This document shows positions 23,668-36,982 of a stretch of 64,000 nucleotides of DNA, piece after piece. How positions within the stretch are numbered: position 1 is the first letter of the stretch; each line of letters begins with the position of its first letter. A program made the translations under genes and the position numbers. Source of the DNA: Lama guanicoe (Eukaryota); assembly GCA_013239625.1 (NCBI GenBank), contig MU053588.1:1451988-1515987 (forward strand). The letters are read 5' to 3'. The notes under the pieces are model-generated. The model was not told the origin of the DNA. It searched no databases and saw nothing but the letters and a program-made list of their open reading frames with translations.

Positions 23668-25487
23668 GTCTGACTAATCTAATTCACATGGGCCACAGTG
23701 AGCGGTAGACGTGAAGTGTAAATTATGTGGTGTGTTGGAAGGGGATCAGCGCTGCTGGAAAGCAGAGCAGGGAAGGGAATGAGGGGTAAGCAGTCTGGGT
23801 GGGGAGACCCTGAATTCTGAGAGATGGAGTGACTATTACATGGGCTTAATTTTTTTTTCAATGCATGAATTTTCAAGAAAATGTTGACTATTGAGGTTTT
23901 CAAATGGATCCCAAAGTGGAACAAGGTAAGAGCACTGGCTCCAACAGTTCACTCCAGACCAATCTGCCTTCATCTCTACTCCCCCTACCTGACTTGGTCC
24001 TCCAGGCAATTTGAAGCAAATCTTAGAAATCATACCATTCTGTCCATAGCAGTACTTATTTTTTTTAATGTAATGTGTATACTGGAAGAATCTTTTTGAT
24101 AATAAGATTATGAAAATTGATTATGATCCAACTATGAGTTTAAAAAGTAGTTTTTTAAAAAGTTAAAAAACCTCAAGTAAGATACAAGTTCAGATACTGA
24201 CAAGTGAGTGTCTTGTCCCACTCTTGAATTTCCTCCTCGGATGTAGACTGCTGTTTCTTGGTAAAACCTGCCAGTCTGATTTGCAGGAGCAGAAAATTTC
24301 TGAGCCTCAGAGCACTGGGAGGCAGGATACACAAATAATTCCGAGGACATTAGAAGCTCCACCAACTTGGCTTCCCTGCCCTCGGTTCTCCTATCCTGTT
24401 AACAGGAGTGGGGAGGCAAGCTTCACGGTGTTTTCATTCCAGGAAAGGAACTGGACTGGCAATGGGCCCTGTGTGTAGAGGGAGGTTTGGAGGGAGCAGG
24501 TAACTAGTTAACACATCTCTTCTTTCAGAAGGGTGGGACAGATTTGAAAGAAGGCTAACTTCCTAGAGGTAGGATTTAGTCTGGACAGTCCTGGGTGTTG
24601 GTAATCTAGCTCCTTCCCCCAGGCAATTCAGCCCTGGCAGGCCCTTCTCTCCTTTGAGGGGGCGTGGCGTGTGGATATTGGTGGGGAGATGGAATTTCAG
24701 GTAAAACCCTCTCAGCTCCCCACCCAACCCAGCCTCTCGGGGGTCAAGAACAGGAAAGAGCCACAAACCCTCACAAAACTTCTTTGCCCTAAAAAAGGAA
24801 TTCCTCCTACTGAAGCTACACTTAGAAATAATCAAGACCTTAAGAAAAGTTCTGGCCAGAGGTAATTTTCTAGGTTAAACACAACAGCAACAGAAGAGGC
24901 TTTACAGATCAAAACACCAGCCTGTTCCAATGGAACACACACTTAGCAGGCTTTGAAAAGAAAGAGCTGAGAGGGACAAGTTGCTGGAAGGACCAAGGAG
25001 GGCCTGGAGGGACAGCAGTGAGTAGGGAAGGTCTGTACAAAGTGGAAGGTGAGGGGTAGGAGGGCCCTCCCTGGAGGGGGAGATGGCCCTGGAGGGTACT
25101 GAGGGGCTGCCTCCTTCCAGAGGAATCCACCATACCTAATGCCCTCAGGACTGTCTAGCCAGAATATCCAAAACAGCAGACCAGGTGAGCATCCCTACCA
25201 AGGGCTTCAGCCAGGGCTGTGGCATCTGGTGTACCACGCCCAGTAACATTACTGCATACCGCTGATGGCCCATTTTGTAATTAAAGTTCATCCCATACAG
25301 TCAAAAAGACATTAATAATTCCTAAGTGTGACAAAGATCTTTCAATTTCCTTTAATAAGGGGGAGACCTTATCTTTTAGAGATATAATTGAAGTATTTTT
25401 GGAGGAAATGATAGGCTGTCTGAGATTGCATTAGAATAATCCTTCGGAGGATGGATGGAGGTATAAATTTTAAAAAGGTTAACCACA

Positions 25488-25626
25488 GGGGGAGGGTATA
25501 GCTCAGCGGCAGAGCACATGCCTAACATGCACTAGGTCCTGGGTTCAATCCCCTGTACCTCCATTAAGAAAATAAGTAAATAAATAAACCTAATTACCTC
25601 CACCTCTAAATAAATAAAAATTTAAA
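25488..25626 (+). mobile_element. tRNA-derived SINE (vic-1-like)
   Basis: gggggagggtatagctcag..gtcctgggttcaatccc..taaataaacctaattacc; imperfect TSD at 25472-25486 and 25627-25641. Confidence 0.9.
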
Positions 25627-28239
25627 AAAAAGATTGACCACGTGAAAGGTGTTCAACTCCTTAATCAACAGGGAAATGCAAGTTAAAACCACTACACATC
25701 CACCAAAAAAACAAAACCCCAACATCATACCCAAAATAAACAAACAAAAACAACCAGTGTTATTGAGAGTGTGGAGCAATTGGTTGGAGCTCTGTTACAG
25801 CTTGTGGGAGCGAGGGTGGTAGTACCACATTGCAGAATTGTTTGACAGCACCTACTAAGCCTATACCAGGACAGGCGTTAACCTACAACACTAAAGCCAC
25901 CTAGGGGTGGGGGTAGGGATGGGACTGGAGGGAGGGGGCAGATATGGAGTGTTTGGTTTGTCACAGCTCTGATTTGAAACCTTGGCAGTCTTGGGCTTGG
26001 AATTGATGCTAACGATTTCTCTAGGCTCAATGCCAAGTTCATGGACTGCAGGTGGAGAAGGGCCAGGGGCTCAGGGCACCTGCCTCCACTTGCACCCCGA
26101 GAACCAGCTCCTATCTGAGACTGAACTCTGTCAAGTCACTGCCCTGATCAGGTGCCCCGCACGGCAGGTAAGAGGAGGGATCAGCAGCCACCTTGCCGTG
26201 GACGCTGTTCAGCTGTGTGACTTTGAGCAGGCTGCTGCCCTTCCGAAACTTCATGTTCATTTTGTAAAATGGAATGGGAGTTGAGAGGAGCTGATGAAAC
26301 AGTCCTCCTAAGACATTCAGCAAAGTGCCTAGGATGGGACACTGTTATTATTATTATCATCATGTTTCCAGGGTGGAAGGGCTTAAGAAGCATTGGCCAT
26401 CATCAAGGAGAATCCCAGTAGCCAGCGACCTTTCCATCTCATGCCAGAGACAGAGTCCCCAGCAGAAACCCACTTCTCCAGAGCAGTGACAATCACATCC
26501 CCACTAACAGCAACCTCTCCAGGAGGTGGCACAGTGCCGGGGTTCAAAGCATCAGATCTAGAGTCAGAGGCAAACAGCTCCACCGCTCCTGAACTGGGCA
26601 AGTCATACGTCTTCTATCAGAAGCTCAATTTTTTCCTGAATTAAATGTGAGCCATCACCTTTGTTCCCAGAGGTGGAAAACGATTTCCTGACGTGGTTCA
26701 TAACTGTCATGACTCATCAGCCCCTCCCCCTGTAGAAGAATCTAGTTAAAATGGAAATGTAACCCTGTGAGAAAGTGCTACATTCACTCATGTGTTCCAC
26801 AAGCATTTACTGAGCATTTATTGTTTATAGGCCCTGGGCTAGGTACTGGGGACACAAGAATGAATGCAGCAGGTAATGCATTTACACTCCTGGAGCTGAA
26901 AACAGACACTAAATAAGTAAAGATGTGAATAATAGAATATAGGAGGGTGGTAAGTATTATGGGGGAAAAATGCAGCAGGGAAGGGGCATAGAAAGTCTAG
27001 GAACAAAGTTGCAATTTCAGGCAACTGAGAAGTAGGTATTTGGGTGAATCTGAAGGGGATAAGGAATTAAGACATATCAATATCTGGGGGAGAAAGACTC
27101 TTGGAAGGGGGCACAGCAAGTGCAAAGGCCCTGTGGCAGGAGAAAGGAGCAAGAAGTCCAATGTGGCCGAAGCATAGGGATCAAACAGGAGAGTGGTAGG
27201 AAATGCACTCAGAGAGCTGATGGGGACAGCCTGTGGGAGCCTTAATATTTCCCCTTACTGAATCCTTATATAAAGGCTTTGTCCTTTGCCCTTTGGAAAG
27301 AGGGAGTCAGGAGAGTACTCAGAGCAGGGGAGGGTGCTCACAGGTGCCCTCTGCTTCTTGTGGGAAGACCTGGGGGCAGGAGGAGGAAGGGAGCAGAGGA
27401 AGAAGAATGCTGGATGATACGGGTGTCAGGGAGGAGGGGTCTGGACAAGGGCAGGGCCATTGGAGAAGGGACAAGTGGACGGGTTCTGGATAGATCAGTA
27501 AGTGGAGCTGACAGGATCGGTGGAGAATTGAGTGTGGGCTGCAGAGCCCCACTGAGGATGTGTGGGCTCTCAGGCAAATTTTTTCCCTGTGGAGTCCCTG
27601 TCTATGGAGATGATTTGATTGAAAAATGTGTTACAAAATTCATGGACACAAGTGAGTTATAGAATGAAGATTTAGAATGATGGCTCAGAAGAGGTACTTC
27701 AGTATTTGCTTATCTTTCAATCCTGGGAGGTGAGATCCTTTGATGTCCAGGTACCATTTCTTCACGTTTTTTGTTGTGAGAGGTTGTCATTAATGGCTAA
27801 TTTAATAGCCCTCATCAAGCAAAAAAGGCAGGGATGCTGTTTTTACTCACTGTTATTGCCTCTGCTGGTTTGAGTCCTGAGGCCCATTAGAGAGTTGTCT
27901 CAGCAGGTGAGTTTACCTCCTCTCCCCTTCTCTGAAGTCCTTATTTAGAAATGATTAGCATTTAAGCCAAAAATCAGAGAGGTATGTGCCCCAGCTACCG
28001 CCACCTTGGAAGAACTGAAGTATGGGGAAGAGAGGTGATCTAAAGTCAGTTGACAATTTTCAAATTTCGAAGGTCATTCATTTAGCTCTGCTGACATCAT
28101 CTCTCATGTCTCTGACTCATCCATTGTGCCCCTGTGACCACCAGCTTCCGGTGATTCTCTCAAAGGGTGGACTGGGCTTTGTTAATGATGACCGCATATG
28201 CAATTTTTAACAGAGAATGCAGGAAAGCATTAGCAGGAT

Positions 28240-28635
28240 TTTTTCTTTTAGTTTTTGTTGAAGTATAATTGATTTACAATGTTGTGTTAATTTCTTGTGA
28301 ATAGCATAGCCAATCAATTATACATATATATATTCCTTTCCATATTCTTTCTCATTACAGATTACTGCAAGATATTGAATATAGTTCCTTGTGCTATACA
28401 GTAGGACCTTGTTTATCAGTTTTATGTATGGGAGTTAGTATCTGCAAATCCAAAACTCCCAATTTATCCCTCCACACCCGCTGTCCCACCCATCCCCAAC
28501 GCTGGTAACCATAAGCTTGTTTTCTATGTCTCTGAGACTGGCTCTGTTTTCTAAATAAGTTCTTTTTTTTTATATACATGATTCTATGTATAAGTGGTAT
28601 CATATGGTATTTTTCTGTCTCTTCCTGGCTTAAGT
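28240..28635 (-). mobile_element. L1 3' UTR, antisense
   Basis: Same family as 12409-12975. Confidence 0.85.
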
Positions 28636-30597
28636 AATAACAAGCGAATCCTCCTTTACAGGGTTTTAAAAAATTAGCCCTTGGAGAAGAGAGGCAAAGT
28701 CTACTTGGCCCTTGGCCTAGAATGTGGGGAGCGGGTTGGGAGAGCACCCTGGCTGCTGGTGGCCTGAATGGGGTGCATGGATAAAGGCACCTGTGCTACT
28801 CCCACCGTGCCTTTGGGTGCTATGGGCTGGAAGCAGCAGAGAGATGATAATTGATGTACAGACCCACCTCCTAGGCTCCAGCCTAAGGGATGGTGGCAGA
28901 CAGGTGACGATCCAGAACCCTGAACTTGTCCTGTGTCCAGCTGAGCGAGTGAAAGGCATCCCAAATCAGTATGCCAGCGCTCTTCTGGCAGCCAGCCCGT
29001 GGGAGCCATCAGCTTGCCAATCTACTCACCATGGGACCCCAGGATGACCCTATTAAGGCAAGAGTCCTAGAGTGCCTCTGGGCTTCCAGCCGACCCCATG
29101 CACCAGGGTTGGTGGTGGAGGTAAAGGCAGAGCCCCTTAATTGGGCAAGAAACAGGATGAGACTCACTTAGGTCCTGATCTAAAGTCGAGGTCCATGCCC
29201 AGAGAGCCCGCAGCCCTGGCTTAGAGAATTTCCAGGAAAGTGCTACATAGGGTGGGGACCCCTTCCTGGGTAAGGATTCTCTTGATGGGGTGGGAGAGAA
29301 ACAGAAAAGTCCTGGGGGACTCCAAGGTTTCTGGTCCAAGAACAGAATAGATTTTGCTACTTTTTACTGAGACAGGATGTATGGGGAAGAAGCTGGTGGG
29401 GAAGGGGTCAGAAAATCAAGACTCAATAGGAGGGAAACTGAGGCTCAGAAAGCCAAGTCCAAAGGCATAAAGTAAGGATGTGAACCTGTTTTGTCTCACA
29501 GCCTCCAGGCAACACCACCTACCCTGGCCCCAGGGGAGGTACCATTTTTAAGCATTTGATACACTAGGCCTGGTTCTGCACGTTTCATAAATGATTTTGT
29601 TTACTCTTCCCAACAATGGACACTCTGATCCTTTTTTAGGGGGAACAAGGGGAGACTCAGAGAGATCTTGCTCAAGGTCTCAGACTGAGGGGGTGGCAGG
29701 CATCAGTCACGTGTGTGCTCCCAAAACCATTTCTCCTCTTCCATCCTGGCTCAGGCTTTCCTGAGGCTTCCTCCTCCTGGAATCAGGGAGCCGAGGGTCT
29801 CATCTTTGCCATCCAAGGGCCCCAGGGCTAATTCCTACTATTTTATTTGCATTGTTCAGACCCAGCTAGCCCCAGCTCTCACCTGGTGGCCAGCTAGGAG
29901 GTGTCAGAAGTGGGGACAAAATCTTCCTGGGTCCTGCTTCCATTGCCCCACGTAGGGGGCAGAGCAGGTAGGCGTGGGGCACCCAGGACTGGCCAGACAT
30001 GTGGGACCTGCTACCCTAGCTGTCTCAGGAGGCTGTTACCTGGAGAAGGCAGGGTCTTCTGGGGCTGGGACAGCTGTGAGCAGCAGGAGGCCTCTGTGTC
30101 TGCAAACTCGAATACTGGGGTTGCACTGGTAGCAGGATGCTCGTTTGCCCAGTTGGCACCCCAGCAAGTGAGCTGGAGACCAGGAGGGAGCCCCCAGTCC
30201 CAGCTCCTGGCCCCCTAACTGACCAGTCCAGGCCTAGTTATGCCCTGGCAGGCAGGTCCTCGGGGAGCAGGAGAAACACCAGAAAGTCACAATGTGGTGT
30301 CACTGTGACACTATACCCACATCTGTCATCCGCCTAATGCTTTTAAACCTGATTGATAATCTTTGCAAGGATGCTTTCCTTAGGCCTTGGGAAATAGGGG
30401 TCTAACTCTTCCATTCCTTCTACTGGAGAAGACCTTGCACTGTTGTTTTCCTCTGTAGAGTTTTCCTTCCGCAACTGAGACACTCCTTGCTCTGAACCCA
30501 ATAGTCAGGGAAGACAGCACCACTGTGTTTGGATTTAAAAGATCTGAGGGAAAACAAAAAACAAAGAGATCTGAGACACTTTTGGTAAAATAATACA

Positions 30598-30603
30598 TTT
30601 ATT
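30598..30603 (-). terminator. Polyadenylation signal AATAAA, copy 3
   Basis: Paralogous to 6311-6316. Confidence 0.55.
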
Positions 30604-31291
30604 ACCTATGATTGGCAGATAGAGTGCTAATTTATTCTCTCCATATTTCAAAATTTCAAAGTAATAAAAGAATTTTGTATACCATATAATTTAGGGTACA
30701 GCTGGGCTCAGGTGACCACTTCATTTTTCACAGAGTGGGCAGAAACAGGTCTGCAAACATTTTTTGAGGTAGGTGACTTTCAGCTGTGAGTCCTGGTCCC
30801 AGTCTTGAAACCTCAGGAGGTTAAGTTCACCACCTAATGGGGCGGGAATTCTCTCAGCCATAGGGAGGAGGTTCCAGTCAGAGAGGAGGAGAAGGCTTCC
30901 TGGAAGGCAGCGATAAAGCCTCTTGAGTAGAAATAGAGGAGACAAGGGCAGAGGGGACTGGGGCTGAACCAGAGGGCCTGGCTAGGGATGGGAGGGAGGG
31001 AGGGTGAGGAGTCCTCTCCAGTTTCAGCATTTCCCTGTGCTTACCTGGGGGTCTCCACTCAGTGGAACAGGGGCTGCCTTAGAGAAACAGCAGCAGTTAA
31101 ACCTGATGGAGGAACCCTTCTAGTAGCTTCCAGAACCTGAAGACAGGGCCCAGTAGCACCCTCAACTGGACCCAGGAGATCCCAGGATGCCAGGGAGCTA
31201 CAAGCCCTTGATTAACGAATGAGATGTCCCAGCCAATGGTCGCAGCTCCTGGAAGGCACAGTCAGGCTGTTTTGCAAGGACAGTCCTTTGA

Positions 31292-34200
31292 CTAGGACAG
31301 AACGACCTGCACGATCACACTGGAGTTGGGCAGATAAATTCCGCATTGCTCAGGCTGAAAGGCGAAGTCCTAGATCCAGTGTTCAAGAGACACAAAGCGG
31401 ACACCCGTCTTGAGGTTGGAGAACACATGGCTGACCTGTAGGCAGAGAAAGAGGTAAGTCCCATTGTGCCATGGTCTTGCTCTCAAAAGCTGAGGTTGGG
31501 GCCTTCTGGCAGGAGGAATTTCCCACAGACGGCTGTGACAGCACCTCCAGTGCCCCCTGTTCTTCTAGAATCAGACCACTCCTCATCCAGAGGTGGCGTC
31601 TAATCCCCACTCCCCTTGAATCTGGGCGGGTTTGCTTGTAACCAAGAGTGTGGTAGAGTGACTTTCACCAAGTGACCTCCAAGGCTGGGTCAGAAAGGCA
31701 ACGCAGCTTCTGCTGGTTTCTCCAGAACCCTCATGGGGGAGCCCTGAGCCCCTGGGAAGCAGTCTGACTGGCCTGAAGCCGCCATGCTGTGAGGAAGCCC
31801 AAACTAGACCACGGACAGAGGTCCCACGGCCAAGCTCTGAGACTAAACCAGGAGATGCTGGTCAATCACCAGCTGCTGTGTACACACTGCACCCACCCTG
31901 CCCCCAGCTCCAGCCAGTCTCTGTATGCAACTATGTGAGAGACCAGAGTGAGAAGCTCCCAGCAGAGCCCCACTCAAACCAGGAGAGGTGATAGAATCAC
32001 TGCTGTTGGTATTAAGCCACTAAATTTGGGGGGCAATTTGTTATGCAGCAATAGTTCATCATAGGCTCCAACGACCTTCCCCCTCACTCCTGTCAGAAAC
32101 TCACCTCAAAGATGACACTGTTTCTATGCTGCTGAATGGGAAAAGACACAGGAGCGAAGTGGTCCAGGACGGCCCTGTTGGCATCTAGAAGCTGGACGGT
32201 TAGTTGATACATACAGTCAGTGCCTTGTCGGTCTGTCCACCTGTGAGAGAAGGGAAACCCTGAAGATGGACTTCCACCTCCATTTATTTCTTTGGGTGTC
32301 AAATGGCTTCCCTATGGATGCAAACCAATATGTGGTCCCTGGGACTAGCACCAGTGTCACCTGGGAGCCTGACCCCACTGCACACCCAATGAATCCATCT
32401 GCACAAAACCAGCTCCCCAGCTGGCCTGCCTGCACAACTGCTTCAGAAGTGATGACCTAGAGCAGAGCTCTTCACAGCACCTCCTCCCCGTGTTATTTCT
32501 TATCCATGTTTCACTGGTGGCAAATGATGTACAATGTGTACAACAATGATATCTGAGATACAATTTTCTTATCAGTCCTTTAAAAGGATCCAGGGGAATC
32601 CAAATCGATGATGGGATACCCAGCAACATTCAAAGAAACAACATCCAATGACCGTCAATGGTAAATGGGTAAATTATGGCATATTCACATAATGGAACAT
32701 TATACAGCCATGACAGTAAAGTAACTGCAGCTACATGCAATTATGGGTGAACTTACATGCTATTGAGAGAAGCCAGATACAAACTATATACTGTATGGCT
32801 CCATATATGTTAAGTATAAAAATGCACAAAATTCATCTACTGTAACAGAATTCAGAATTGTGCTACACTTGGGTTGGTAGTGATGGGGAAAGGGGCATGA
32901 GGGATGCTGAGGGTGGGGTTTTCTGGCATTTTCTGTCATTGATGGGGGGGCTAGTATGGTGAATGTCTTCACTTTATAATAATTCATTCAGTTGCACTCC
33001 CAAGAAATGTTCATCTTTGATGTTAGAAATTAAAAATTTAAGAGTAATGAGCTGTATAAATTCACAAACATGTATCTACTTTACAGACACTTCACATCAC
33101 TCCACTTCTCAGCGTCTATTTTAATTCTCCACAGAATTTTGTTCTCATGTTAATATATTTTCATGTTCTTCGGATTTACCTTTCACACTATTTGGTGGCA
33201 ACCACATACAAAGAATATACATTAAAAATTTTAAATTTTCTGTGACCATAAAGCTCTCAATGTTAACACTTTTTCTTTTGGACTGAATTATTAGCTACTT
33301 GTAATTTACAGACACTGCCCCAGATTGGAGTCATCTGGAATCTTGAAGATACTTTGTAGAAAAGAATTTAGCCTGGTCCAAATGTATGGCCTTTGCCCTC
33401 TGCTTCTTTGGAATATTATGCTGACAGGAATGTCTGTTTGCCTGGGGACCTTGGGTCATACTGGATGGCCTGCCAATGTGGTTTGGTAGCAATTGGCTGC
33501 ATCCACATGGGTAGTCTTATAACGGACGCCAGCCCCCCAGGAGGACTAACAAGATGACATGGGATGCATCACACAGTGTCAGTTGACTGGAGGCTGAGCT
33601 GAGAAACATGAGAAAGCCCCAATAAAGGCTCAGGTGAGCTTCCCTGGTGGCAGTATCCCATGCACATGTCACACATGATGCCAGGACAGTCTTGTGTCCC
33701 GACTCCAAGGGCAGAAGAGAGCAATGGAAGTCTGGCATTGGATTCTTCCCTTGGATGCTATCTGGTGACCTTCCCCTTGGCTGATTTTCATCTTTATCTT
33801 TTCCCTGTAATAAACTAAATTATGTATACTAGTTTTCAGTGAGTGCTATGTCTTTCTAGTCAATTACTGAGCCTGAGGGTGGTTGTAGGAACCCCCTACA
33901 CTGGCCACTGAAAGGCGGTCTTGGGATTGTGCCCTCTAACTTTGTAGTTGGCTATAAAATTCTGAGAGATGTTGATGCCTGGCTCCCTCACCCCAGATAC
34001 TTTGATTTAATGGGTATGCAGTGGGACCTAGGCATCGGGAGCTTTATACAGTCCTGGGCGATGTCTGGCAATATTTGGGAGTCACTGATTATTACCATGA
34101 AATGGTACATCATTGCTCAAAGTAACACAAACATGCTACAATAGTTTGATAAAAGATTAAATTACAAAGAGAAGTTGATTGCAAATTCATCTGCTAATGA

Positions 34201-35314
34201 TAGGGAAAACTGAGACACATTGACTGACCCAAGGCCACAAAGCTGCAAAGCCAGAGTGTGAACCTGGGAGGTCTGGCTCCAGAATCTGAACTCTTACCCA
34301 ACCATCTGGAATTGTCCCCTCTTAAAGCAAGGAGCATCTCATCCACAGACAAGTCTAAGTTGGGCCCAAGTCCTCTGTATTGGACCTCACCTGACATCTT
34401 CCAATGCAGTTCCCTCTGGGGGCTAGGAGAGGGGTTCAGGGAGTGCACTCTGCTAATTCCTAAAGCTCTGATGGTGGTTAAGTCATTTCCTGACCTGCTA
34501 TATCCTAAGGGGTTGTTGTTAGAAGGCCTGAAGGAAGTCACCCATGAAAAGTCAGCACTCAGCAAAAGGGCTGTTTTTATCATCACACTCACCAGTGAGA
34601 GACACAAATCTCAACCTTGCCACTATCCAGGAGTTCCGGCCACAGACCCTCCTCCTCCAGGTCCAACACTTTCTTGTTGTGACAACACCTAGGAAAGAGG
34701 GAGAAAGGTGATGAGAACAGGTAAGGACTCACAACCGCCCTGGTCCCTGGGGAATAGATGCATTTACCTGTAGGTAGATGGGAAGCTGGTCTGGGAAGGC
34801 GCCCCACGCAGGACCTCATAGTTTTCCTCCTCTGCCCAGCCATCCCCACCGGTCAGCATCGTCCACATCTGGAAGGCATCTGTTAAAAAGGTTTGTGCCC
34901 AAGTTCCTTTCTGCCCACCAGCCCAGGAATAAGTTCCAGGGGATTCCGGCGCAGCCCTGCCTCTCTGCATCCTCCCACCGGCTCCCTTGAGGACGATCTG
35001 CTTCCTGGGTTCCCCACCTGTGCCCTTAGGGTTCTGAAAGAGATTGCGTCCTATGGGTCCGCGCGCGGCAGGCAGCTGCGGACGACCGGCCACAGGGCGC
35101 GGTGGTCCCGGGCCAGGATCTTCAGCCACAGGCCCGGGGCGTCCACCAGGGCGCGCCAGCGCCGGCACACCTGGCGGCAGCGGCCGAGCAGCGTGCGCGG
35201 GGGCAGGAGGCTCAGCACCGCCAGGAGCAGCTCCGGGGGCAGCTGGCTCAGGCCCAGCGCCTCCTCCGGTTCGGGCTGCGGCGCCGGCCTGCCCCTGGAG
35301 GCAGAGGCACGTAT
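31292..35314 (-). pseudogene. FBXO27-like: FBXO27-like copy 3, unprocessed pseudogene; exons 35018-35314, 34768-34879, 34593-34688, 32105-32240, 31292-31435
   Basis: The start codon position reads ATA (35312-35314). A 43-nt frameshifting deletion lies at 35060/35061. An in-frame TAG at 31370-31372 replaces copy 2's TGG. Splice sites are retained. Confidence 0.9.
33350..33950 (+). mobile_element. MER21-like LTR in a copy 3 intron; partial paralog at ~8140-8370
   Basis: Motifs ggcctttgccctctgc..gtttgcctgggg..cttgggtcata; aataaa near 33808. Family name is from recall. Confidence 0.5.
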
Positions 35315-36982
35315 GGGCTCCTCGCCTGGCCCGGGTGCCCCTGCGGGAGAGTCAGTGTCAAGACGTCAGGGACCTGCAGCCTCAGCCAGCCCGGTCCCTG
35401 CCACCCGCACCCCACGACTGTCAGCCTCAACCCCGTCAGCTGCCTCCCCATCCTCACCGCCCCCCCACCCCCGCCCGGTCCTCAAGTCCCCAGATTCCCA
35501 ACCAGTCCTTGCCAGCAGACTATCTCAGCCCCTCTCCCCAACACGCACCACTGCCCCTGGCAGCCAATCCCCTCTGTGGCCTCTCGGACCCCCGAGTCCT
35601 ACCCTGCATCTCAGCCAGTGCTCCTCGCTGGTGGGCCTCCACTTTGCCTCACTTGCTCCCATCTCCTCCGCCGCCCTTTTTATTCACCTGCGCCTCCCTT
35701 CTTCATACCCAGCACCGTGGGCTCCCACCTCACAGCTCCATCCTCCCTCGGACCCAGTATCTGCCAGCCCTTCCCGGCCCCGGCCCCGCCCCCTTATTCA
35801 CCAGACTACTCTCCTTCGGACTTCATTCGGACCACAGGGTAACTAACCACCAGCCTAACCACCAGCCGAACAGAATCGCAGACCCCACAGATGAAAGAGG
35901 GATGGGGGCTGCCAGGATCCAGAGTGTGTCACTCATCGTCTCCACTAGTGGCCCCTTGCTGCTGAACAACTGCTGTTATTTTGGTCAGGTATCCAGGCAG
36001 GAGGCCTCATATTCTTTAGCTCCTGTAAAAATTCCCATCACCTTAAAGGCAGGGCATCACTATGCCAGGGGGTCACTTCACAGGAGAAAACAGGCTCCAG
36101 CAGGAACCAAATGCATTTCTATTTGATTCTCTGATTGAGTGCTCTGACCAGCGATAACCCTAGCCAACCTTCAGGGAGTGTTTATTCTACCAGCAATGTC
36201 CTGTAGTGGTGAGTGCTATGTCCCCACTTCACAGGTGAGAAAACTAAGGCCAAGTGACCTGCCCAAGGTCACAGCTAGTAGCTGACAGAGCTGGGATTCA
36301 AACCTAGCCAGGCTACCTCTAGAATCTTTGCTGTTAACCTCTATACCAACTCTACCCAATAAAAATAAAATATGAGCTACATATACAATTTTAAACATCA
36401 GCAAGTGAAACCAGACATGGATTCTGGCTCACATGGAACTTACCTTCTAGGGGGAGAGATGTGAACAGGAGTCAGAGTAAGCCAATTATACACTGTACAA
36501 GAAATCATTAAAAATAAAATCTCCTGTGAACCCCCAAATATACTTTCCACAAATGTAGGAAAGAATGAAACAGTTTTATTATTGAAGAAGCATTAAATCA
36601 GACTGTAATGCACATGGGCCATGGGGAGCAATAAATGTGACGGGTAAATTACATGGTGTGTTGGAAGGGGATCAGCGCTTGGGGAAAGTAGAGCAGGGAA
36701 GGGAATGGGGGATAAGCCATCCGAGTGGGGAGACCCTGAATTCTGAGAGACGGATTGACTTTTATATGTGCTTAATTTCTCTTCAATATACGGATTTTCA
36801 AGAAATTGTTTACTATTGAGGTTTTCAAACAGATCCCAAAGTAGAACAGGGTAAGAGCACTGGCTCTAACAGTTCACTCTGGACCAATTTGCTTTCATCT
36901 CTTCTCCCACCCACTTGCTCTCCTGGGCTATTTGAAGTAAATCTTAGAAGTCACACTACTCTGTCCATAGCAATATATTACT

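Larger units (their letters stand above)
19560..29875. repeat. Tandem duplication unit 2
   Basis: Collinear with unit 3, including 26989-28235 ~ 40543-41645 and 29255-29875 ~ 42780-43395. Confidence 0.85.

Noticed and set aside
25488..25562. tRNA-like sequence with A and B boxes (six copies in the window)
   Set aside because: A-rich tails, TSDs and dispersed diverged copies indicate SINEs, not tRNA genes.
34764..35168. 134-aa ORF that could rescue copy 3
   Set aside because: Begins at a non-ATG codon outside the F-box frame, and the last exon still has a premature TAG.
34893..36126. 317-, 360- and 246-aa overlapping plus-strand ORFs
   Set aside because: Stop-poor GC-rich DNA opposite the pseudogene exon; no recognisable domain.
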